This document shows positions 17,642-24,655 of a stretch of DNA of 25,267 bases, in pieces. The first letter of the stretch is position 1; each line of letters opens with the position of its first letter. The notes below the pieces were generated by a model. The model did not search any database. It had not been told where the DNA came from and saw only the letters and a list, made by a program, of their open reading frames with translations. Origin of the DNA: an uncultured Candidatus Saccharibacteria bacterium (GTDB lineage: Bacteria; Patescibacteriota; Minisyncoccia; Phycocordibacterales; Phycocordibacteraceae); NCBI GenBank assembly GCA_964349035.1, contig CAYGEV010000001.1, forward strand, positions 1 to 25,267. Reading direction: 5' to 3'. The position numbers were made by a program, and so were the translations under genes.

Positions 17642-18628
17642 ATGATTATTACGCGGACTCCTTTCCGAATCACTTTGGGTGGTGGCGGTACCGACTTGCC
17701 TTCTTACTATGAGAAGCACGGCGGTTTCATTTTCTCAGCAGGCATCGATAAATATATGCATATAGATGTAAATCGACCTGCCTCGGACGATCTTATTCGT
17801 CTTAAGTATTCAGAGTCAGAAACCGTTGATAGCGTACATGAAGTTCGTCACCAAGTTGCAAAAGAGATATTGCACTTTGCTGGTATTGAGAAAAATATAG
17901 AGATAAGCTCCATCGCCGATATTCCATCAGGAACAGGGCTTGGTTCGTCGAGTTGTTACGCGGTTGGGCTTCTACACGCGCTCCATACGCTGAAGCGCGA
18001 TCATGTCCCACTCGAGCAATTAGCGGAAGAAGATTTCAAGATTGAAGCTGGTGTATTGAAACGTCCTATTGGTAAGCAAGATCCATATCTCGCAGCGCTC
18101 GGCGGGCTCACGGTTCTTGATATTGGTACGGACGGACAGGTGAAGGCACGCAAAGCAAATGCCTCTCTTGATGTAATAGACGAGTTAAATCAGAACCTAC
18201 TTGTGTTCTTCACTGGAGTTACGAGAAATGCTGATGTAATTTTGACTGAACAATCTAAGGCAATTGCACAGGATGATAAGGCGGTTACAGAGAGTATGCA
18301 TTATATTAAACAGCTCGGTTACGAGATCCTCGAGGCAGTGGAAGAAGGAAATCTTGATGAGGTGGGGACGAAGTTCCACGCGCACTGGCAACACAAAAAG
18401 AAGATCTCAACGAAAATGACCAATCCAGAGTTTGATACGATATACGACCACGCGCTCGCTAACGGTGCGCTTGGCGGTAAGATCTCTGGCGCTGGTGGAG
18501 GCGGATTCTTTACCTTCTATGTGCCAGAGAAACATCGAGCGTTTAGAGAGGCTATGAAGCAGTTCAATCTTCGCGAGATGCGTTACCGCTTTGATATGGA
18601 GGGCTCCAAGGTGCTTGCTAATTTTTAA
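17642..18628 (+). CDS. hddA: GHMP kinase, heptose-7-phosphate 1-kinase HddA / LmbP-like
   Basis: TRTPFRITLGGGGTD, IPSGTGLGSSS, IGKQD, GGKISGAGGGGF. Confidence 0.88.
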   Translation: MIITRTPFRITLGGGGTDLPSYYEKHGGFIFSAGIDKYMHIDVNRPASDDLIRLKYSESETVDSVHEVRHQVAKEILHFAGIEKNIEISSIADIPSGTGLGSSSCYAVGLLHALHTLKRDHVPLEQLAEEDFKIEAGVLKRPIGKQDPYLAALGGLTVLDIGTDGQVKARKANASLDVIDELNQNLLVFFTGVTRNADVILTEQSKAIAQDDKAVTESMHYIKQLGYEILEAVEEGNLDEVGTKFHAHWQHKKKISTKMTNPEFDTIYDHALANGALGGKISGAGGGGFFTFYVPEKHRAFREAMKQFNLREMRYRFDMEGSKVLANF

Positions 18629-18629
18629 T

Positions 18630-19361
18630 ATGACTCCCATGAAGAAGTTGCATGAGCTGAATATCAAGATATTTGCCGATGGTGCAGAAAAGGCAAGTAT
18701 GGTCGCGCTTTCAAAAGACCCTCTTATCAAAGGGCTCACAACGAACCCGACCTTGATGCGTAAGGCAGGTATTACGGACTATGCCGGGTTTGCAAAAGAA
18801 GTCCTTGCTGAGATTAAGGATAAGCCAGTATCGTTTGAAGTATTTTCTGACGACTTTGACGAGATGGAGCGTCAGGCGCGTATTATCGCGTCATGGGCGC
18901 CGAACGTCTACGTAAAAATTCCTATTACGAATACCAAGAAGGAACCATCATACGATTTGATTAAGAAACTCTCTGCAGACGGTATTAAGTTAAATGTGAC
19001 TGCCATCTTCTCGCTTGTGCAAGTACATCAGACGCGAGACGCGCTCAGAAAAGATGTCCCAGCTATTATTTCTGTATTTGCTGGTCGTATCGCGGACACG
19101 GGCGTGAACCCACTACCTCTTATGAAGCAGGCGAAGAATATCCTCAGGGACTGTCCAAATTTTGAATTGCTCTGGGCGAGCCCACGAGAGCTTCTAAACA
19201 TTTACCACGCTGAGGAGGCCGGCTCACATATTATTACTGTGACGCCAGATGTACTGAAAAAAGCTGAAAACATCGGTCTTGATCATGAGGAATTCTCGCT
19301 ACAAACAGTTAAGATGTTCTACGATGACGGACAGAAGGCCGGCTACACGCTTTACGAATAA
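18630..19361 (+). CDS. tal: Short (TalC-type) transaldolase; candidate LmbR-like
   Basis: IFAD, TTNPT, SFEV (Glu), Schiff-base VKIP, SVFAGR (Phe, the transaldolase rather than FSA signature). Start is ATG 18630 or 18639. Confidence 0.9.
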   Translation: MTPMKKLHELNIKIFADGAEKASMVALSKDPLIKGLTTNPTLMRKAGITDYAGFAKEVLAEIKDKPVSFEVFSDDFDEMERQARIIASWAPNVYVKIPITNTKKEPSYDLIKKLSADGIKLNVTAIFSLVQVHQTRDALRKDVPAIISVFAGRIADTGVNPLPLMKQAKNILRDCPNFELLWASPRELLNIYHAEEAGSHIITVTPDVLKKAENIGLDHEEFSLQTVKMFYDDGQKAGYTLYE

Positions 19362-19371
19362 TACTTTCACT

Positions 19372-19980
19372 ATGTACAAGGACTACATCAGCTCGTATCT
19401 CAAAGAAACGCAGATGATCGCGAAACAGCTTGATCAGAAAGAGATTAACTCGATGATTAAGATTTTGAAAAAAGTTCGTGACGATAAGGGACGTCTTTTT
19501 ATCCTTGGTATTGGTGGCGGCGCAGGGCACGCAAGTCATGCGGTGAATGATTTTAGAAAGCTCGCTTCCATTGAGGCATATACGCCTGCAGATAATGTGT
19601 CAGAGATTACGGCCCGCGCAAACGACGATGGGTTCCATACGATTTTCTCAAATTGGCTTCTTGGGAGTAATCTCGCCAAGAAAGACGCGGTATTGGTATT
19701 TTCGGTAGGAGGAGGAAATGCCGAGAAGAACGTAAGTGCAAACATTGTTGAGGCGCTCAAGCTCTGTAAGAAAGTGGGCACCAAGATATTGGGAATTGTT
19801 GGGCGTGATGGAGGATACACTGCCAAGGTCGCGCATGCCTGCGCAATTGTACCAACCGTAAATCATGAGAATGTAACGCCACACACGGAAGGGTATCAGG
19901 CGGTCATCTGGCACCTTATCGTCTCGCACCCGAAGTTTCGTTCACAAAAGGGTAAGTGGGAGTCCGTCGGAAAGAAATAA
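19372..19980 (+). CDS. gmhA: SIS-domain phosphosugar isomerase, divergent GmhA / LmbN isomerase-like
   Basis: LFILGIGGG, ITARAND, VLVFSVGGGN, ILGIVGRDGG, C-terminal His. ATG 19372 follows the tal stop. Confidence 0.85.
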   Translation: MYKDYISSYLKETQMIAKQLDQKEINSMIKILKKVRDDKGRLFILGIGGGAGHASHAVNDFRKLASIEAYTPADNVSEITARANDDGFHTIFSNWLLGSNLAKKDAVLVFSVGGGNAEKNVSANIVEALKLCKKVGTKILGIVGRDGGYTAKVAHACAIVPTVNHENVTPHTEGYQAVIWHLIVSHPKFRSQKGKWESVGKK

Positions 19981-20516
19981 TGAGCCCCACAGTCTTTTTC
20001 GACCGAGACGGGACACTCATCGAACAAGTCGATATACTTACTCTTCCTTCGCAGGTTAAGTTGTTGCCTGGCGTTGCGGAGGCCATTGCAGATTTGAATC
20101 GTAGAGGATACCTTGTCATCGGTATTACGAATCAGCCAATCATAGAAAAGGGACTTTTATCACAAGAAGGTCTGTTGGAGATAAACACAGAGCTGTCCAG
20201 ACAGCTTGCCGAGAGTGGCGCTCACCTAGATTCTATCTACACGTGTCCGCACCAGTATCGTACAGAAGGGCAGTGTAGATGCCGTAAGCCAGGGATCGGG
20301 CTCATCGAACAAGCACAAAGAGAGTTCTCTATAGAGATGCCTAAAAGCTGGATGGTCGGGGACCGGTTGCGCGACGTAGAAACCGGCAAGCGCGCTGGTC
20401 TAAAAACAATCTTGGTATCTACTGGAGGGCCGAGTAAAGACGATGAGTTTTTTCCTGATACGAAAGCCGACTTTGTTGCGTCAGGCTTGCACGCTGTAGG
20501 CACCCTTATCTCGTAA
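19980..20516 (+). CDS. gmhB: Heptose 1,7-bisphosphate phosphatase GmhB / LmbK-like (HAD)
   Basis: FFDRDGTL, ITNQ, Zn site CPH...CRCRKP, MVGDRLRD. TAATG overlap with gmhA. Confidence 0.92.
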   Translation: MSPTVFFDRDGTLIEQVDILTLPSQVKLLPGVAEAIADLNRRGYLVIGITNQPIIEKGLLSQEGLLEINTELSRQLAESGAHLDSIYTCPHQYRTEGQCRCRKPGIGLIEQAQREFSIEMPKSWMVGDRLRDVETGKRAGLKTILVSTGGPSKDDEFFPDTKADFVASGLHAVGTLIS

Positions 20517-20547
20517 AAACGGCCGTCCCTGGTGGGGACGGCCGTTT
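20517..20547. terminator. Probable bidirectional intrinsic terminator
   Basis: Perfect 13-bp stem AAACGGCCGTCCC / GGGACGGCCGTTT with a 5-nt loop, between the convergent stops at 20516 and 20551. Confidence 0.8.
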
Positions 20548-20550
20548 GGT

Positions 20551-21285
20551 TCAGGTAACCACTTGGGGTTTCGCATCGCCGTAGACATCGCGGACGATCT
20601 TCGAAATCCCGGTTGCTTCGCGTGCCCAGTTGCGGGCAAACGATTGCGAGTTGCGCAGTGCTTCGACGCGCGGAGTGTATTGCTCGCGATCTTCCGCAAG
20701 CAATACTTCTTCCGCTTCAAGTACTACAACGCGGAGACTGCGGTACTGCGGGTACACGGACATGTGTTTCAACACGTACGTTGCCACCCTGGGAGCATGG
20801 ACGCCGACAGCAACTATTGCAATACTGTCGAGACCACGTTCAATCGCGAGATCGAACAAGTTCAACAGTTCTTGCCGAGTGTTAGATGGCATTGAGAGCT
20901 GGCGCTCACGTGGCCACACCACGATTTCTGGCAAGAGCTCGGTTTCAGCGAACCGCGCTTTGAGCATTGCGCTCATCACTTCACTTTCCGACGGAGCGTC
21001 GAGTTTCGCCAAGTAGTCGGCACGATGACCGTAGGCGCACACGGCGACTTCCGGTTGGTACTGTTGAATCAGGAGGCATGCTGCCTCCAAGATCATTTCG
21101 CCACCACCCACCATGCAGTACGGACTTTCGTCGTCGACCGGCACGCGAACTCGCAAATGCGCTGAGTTTGTGTCACACAGTTCGAGGTCTTCAGTGAGAC
21201 CCCACGAACTGGTCTCTGCCGGTGGAGCATTGGCGGACAACATCTGGATCCCGCGACCCAGCCCTACAATCACGTCGAATGACAT
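20551..21285 (-). CDS. Hypothetical protein, possibly YdcF/DUF218 (ElyC/SanA-like) fold
   Basis: DVIVGLGRG, SESEVM, SNTRQE, IVAVGVHAPR echo DUF218 motifs. Start is ATG 21285 or GTG 21291. Sampled lines are about 57-60% GC. Confidence 0.5.
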   Translation of the reverse strand: MSFDVIVGLGRGIQMLSANAPPAETSSWGLTEDLELCDTNSAHLRVRVPVDDESPYCMVGGGEMILEAACLLIQQYQPEVAVCAYGHRADYLAKLDAPSESEVMSAMLKARFAETELLPEIVVWPRERQLSMPSNTRQELLNLFDLAIERGLDSIAIVAVGVHAPRVATYVLKHMSVYPQYRSLRVVVLEAEEVLLAEDREQYTPRVEALRNSQSFARNWAREATGISKIVRDVYGDAKPQVVT

Positions 21286-21462
21286 GAGCACCTCTCTTCT
21301 TCAGGGTTAAAAAACGTTGATTTTTATTACACTTTCAAGCGACTAGCTGGGTGTAGGGTAGACCCTAACCCCCTATCTACCAGTATAACATGTTTTCAAC
21401 ATAAATGCAAGCTCTCTGCAAGGGCGTACTTTCGTGGTATTTTTACCTTACGAAACGACTCT

Positions 21463-22785
21463 ATGCAGTCTCCTCTTACTATTGGCGTTATTGGGTTGTG
21501 GCACCTCGGAGAAATATATTCTGCGGGTCTTGCAGAATTGGGACACGCGGTTATTGGCGTCGACGAAGATGCTGCTCGCGTTGAGAAGTTGAATGCGGGC
21601 ATTCCTCCGCTACCTGAGCCAAACCTTGAAGCGTTGCTTTCGAAACATCTCCAAGCGAAACGGCTTCGCTATGCGACAGAGTATGCATCGCTCAAAGAAT
21701 GTTCTGTCGTGTGGCTCACCATCGACACGCCTGTGAAAGATAACGATGAGGTGGATCTGTCTTCTGTTTTTATGGCAGTTGATTCTGCAATTCCGCATCT
21801 ACAAGACAATGTTGTATTTGTCGTTTCAAGTCAACTTCCAGTAGGTACCTCAGAAAAGATTATCAGTCGTATAGGTGAGGCACGTCCCGAACTTTCTTTT
21901 GACTATGTATATACTCCTGAAAATCTACGTCTTGGAGAAGCGGTCAAGTGTTTCCTTGACCCGGCTCGTGTTATTGTGGGCGCGAGTTCTGAACGCGCTG
22001 TCGAGACCATGCGTCATATATTTGCGACACTCCCACATCCGGCAGAAATCATTTCCATGAAGCCGGCATCTGCGGAGATGGGCAAGCACGCGCTTAATGC
22101 TTTTCTCGCTACAGAGATCTCTTTCGCAAATGATCTTGCAGACATAGCTGAAAGAGTTGGTGCGGACATGCTCGAGGTAACGCGCGTGCTCAAATCAGAT
22201 CCGCGCATTGGCCCAAAGGCATATCTTGACGCTGGGGTAAGCTTCTCAGGAGGTACGTTAAACCGTGATGTAAAGATACTCACTAATCTTGCGCGAGAGC
22301 ACTCTATCCAACCATCCGTCATCGAGTCTATCTATCTTAAAAACGAGGCGCGCAAAGGCTTGATTGCCTCAAAACTATTCCAAGATCTCGGCTATCTGCA
22401 GGGGAAGACGGTGGCACTTTTTGGTCTTACGTATAAACCAGGTACAAAGACCTTGCGACGTTCATATCCTCTTGAGGTCGCTCGAGAGCTTCTCGGGAAA
22501 GGAGCTTCAGTACGTCTATACGATCCGGTAGCAGACGAACATGAAATCGGGATATCTGGAGTCGTATTTTCTAATAATGCATATGAGGCGGCGTCGGGTT
22601 CAGATGCCATTGTGGTGCTCACCACGTGGGCAGAATTTAAGGACTTAGACTTTAAGCGTTTAGGCACGCAAGCAAAGTCCGGGGCCATATTTTTTGACAC
22701 ATCAAATTTTCTAGTCTCTAAGGAGGGTAAAATTATAGAAGCGGGATTTGTATATAAGGGCGTAGGTCGTGCAGAAAAGGTATAA
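21463..22785 (+). CDS. UDP-glucose/GDP-mannose dehydrogenase-family protein lacking the catalytic Cys (candidate LmbL-like)
   Basis: IGVIGLWHLG, TPENLRLG, AEMGKHALNAFLA, DPRIG, GLTYKPGT, YDP. GGTL replaces GGSC. Confidence 0.85.
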   Translation: MQSPLTIGVIGLWHLGEIYSAGLAELGHAVIGVDEDAARVEKLNAGIPPLPEPNLEALLSKHLQAKRLRYATEYASLKECSVVWLTIDTPVKDNDEVDLSSVFMAVDSAIPHLQDNVVFVVSSQLPVGTSEKIISRIGEARPELSFDYVYTPENLRLGEAVKCFLDPARVIVGASSERAVETMRHIFATLPHPAEIISMKPASAEMGKHALNAFLATEISFANDLADIAERVGADMLEVTRVLKSDPRIGPKAYLDAGVSFSGGTLNRDVKILTNLAREHSIQPSVIESIYLKNEARKGLIASKLFQDLGYLQGKTVALFGLTYKPGTKTLRRSYPLEVARELLGKGASVRLYDPVADEHEIGISGVVFSNNAYEAASGSDAIVVLTTWAEFKDLDFKRLGTQAKSGAIFFDTSNFLVSKEGKIIEAGFVYKGVGRAEKV

Positions 22786-22794
22786 TCTTCTCAT

Positions 22795-23637
22795 ATGAAA
22801 CTCCTGGGCAAGAAAGCACTCATTACTGGCGGTAGTCGTGGTATCGGGCGTGCTGTCGCGGAAGAGTTCTTGAAAGAAGGAGCAACGGTGTTTCTTGTCG
22901 CGAATGAGCCGGAAGAATTGCCACGAACCGTTTCGGAGCTTTCCATGGCATTTCCTAATGTGGCTGGAGCGGTAGGAGATGTTTCAAACGAGCAGGACGT
23001 CAATCGCGTAACGAATGAGGCGATAGAAAAGATGGGTACCATTGATATCCTTGTGAACGCCGCAGGTATATATGGACCAATCGGGCCGATGCTCGATGTT
23101 GATACGGCACATTGGCGAAGAACATATGAAGTCAATGTGTTCGGTGCACTCTATATGGTTCGTGCAGTTGGGGCGCAAATGAAAAAGAAAGGAAAAGGGA
23201 AGATCGTTATCTTCTCTGGTGGGGGCGATGGTCCGTTTCCTAATTTTACTGCATATAATTCTTCAAAGGTTGCGATCGTGCGCCTTACTGAAACTCTTGC
23301 AGAAGAGTTACTTCCTTTTGGAATTGAGATTAACGCAATAGCTCCGGGGAGCGTCAATACAAAGTTTCTTGACGAAGCGCTTGAGGCGGGGGAGGAGAGA
23401 GTTGGTAAGAAAAAATACCAACAATTTCTTAAACAAAAGCAGGATGGAGGCACGCCACGAGAAAAAGTCGCGGAGCTTTGTTTATTTCTAGGCTCATCTG
23501 CCTCAGACGGACTCTCAGGGAAATTAGTAAGTGTCCTCTGGGATTCGTGGCGAGAGTGGACTGCAGAAAAGATACAAGAAATAATGAAGACTCCTGCATT
23601 TACGCTCCGTCGAGTTGATCCTTTTCGTAAAGACTAA
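22795..23637 (+). CDS. Classical short-chain dehydrogenase/reductase
   Basis: TGGSRGIG, DILVNAAG, YNSSK, INAIAPG. Confidence 0.9.
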   Translation: MKLLGKKALITGGSRGIGRAVAEEFLKEGATVFLVANEPEELPRTVSELSMAFPNVAGAVGDVSNEQDVNRVTNEAIEKMGTIDILVNAAGIYGPIGPMLDVDTAHWRRTYEVNVFGALYMVRAVGAQMKKKGKGKIVIFSGGGDGPFPNFTAYNSSKVAIVRLTETLAEELLPFGIEINAIAPGSVNTKFLDEALEAGEERVGKKKYQQFLKQKQDGGTPREKVAELCLFLGSSASDGLSGKLVSVLWDSWREWTAEKIQEIMKTPAFTLRRVDPFRKD

Positions 23638-23638
23638 T

Positions 23639-24655
23639 ATGAGTACTCGCTCTAATAAAAAAAATATCAATCTAGCCCTCATTGGTGCTGGTGGCATAGG
23701 TACGTTGTGGGCTGAGGCGTTGAGAGGCACTAAAGGGATTATTCTTAGTGCGGTCGTTGATATTGATGAACAAAAAGCGCTCGCCATCGCGAAGCTTTTT
23801 CCCAACTGCATAACGGTAAAGGACTGGAAGCAGGTCATGGCTGATAAGAGTATCGACGCGATACTTGTTGCTACGCCACATAAGTGGCTTGCGCCGATTT
23901 CTTTTGCCGCACTCTCATCTGGTAAGCATGTGCTATGCGAAAAGCCGTCTGGCATAACATCAGCAGAAGTGCAAAAGAATGTGCGTATCGCGAAGAAGAA
24001 GAATCTTATATATATGCCAGGGTTCAATCACCGGTATCATCCAGCATATATACAAGCAAGAGAGATTTTCGAAAAAGGCGGCATCGGGAACATCTCATTC
24101 GTGCGTGCCAGGTATGGGTTTGGCGGGCGTCCAGGATATGGCAAGGAATGGCGATTTTCTAAAGACATTGCTGGAGGAGGCGAACTTATGGATCAGGGTA
24201 TGCATATGATTGATATGGCGAGATGGTTTCTTGGTGATTTCAAACAAGTGCATGGATTCGCCGAGAACTTTTTCTGGGGAGGGGAGGTAGAAGACAATGG
24301 CTTTCTTCTTATGCGCACGGAAACTGGTAAGGTAGCCTCAATACACGTGAGCTGGACCAATTGGGAATGGGTACATTCGTTTGAGATATTCGGCGACGCA
24401 GGGTATCTTCTTATTGATGGTCTCGATCAGCGTTATCAAGGGCCTGAACGTCTCACGTGGGGGAAGCGTGACGTAACCTTTTCACGACCAATAGAAAAGA
24501 AGTATGTATTTGGTAAGGAAAGGAAGCATGACTCGCTCAGGCGTGAAATGGAGGACTTTGTACGTGCGGTGCGAGGTGATGCCGTACTCAGGGCTTCTGG
24601 GAATGACGCTCATGCAGTACTGCAGATAGTTGAGAAAATATACAAGAAACAATGA
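23639..24655 (+). CDS. Gfo/Idh/MocA oxidoreductase (candidate LmbZ-like)
   Basis: IGAGGIG, ATPH, HVLCEKP, GFNHRYHP, GGGELMDQGMHMID. Confidence 0.9.
   Translation: MSTRSNKKNINLALIGAGGIGTLWAEALRGTKGIILSAVVDIDEQKALAIAKLFPNCITVKDWKQVMADKSIDAILVATPHKWLAPISFAALSSGKHVLCEKPSGITSAEVQKNVRIAKKKNLIYMPGFNHRYHPAYIQAREIFEKGGIGNISFVRARYGFGGRPGYGKEWRFSKDIAGGGELMDQGMHMIDMARWFLGDFKQVHGFAENFFWGGEVEDNGFLLMRTETGKVASIHVSWTNWEWVHSFEIFGDAGYLLIDGLDQRYQGPERLTWGKRDVTFSRPIEKKYVFGKERKHDSLRREMEDFVRAVRGDAVLRASGNDAHAVLQIVEKIYKKQ

Noticed and set aside
21463-22785. Calling this gene ugd
   Set aside because: The catalytic Cys is absent, so uronic-acid formation is not supported.
2183-23638. Longer ORF-track starts (2183, 9928, 11439, 13788, 18591, 19279, 19956, 23615)
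   Set aside because: They extend into upstream genes or non-homologous sequence; downstream ATGs abut or overlap upstream stops and match family N-termini.
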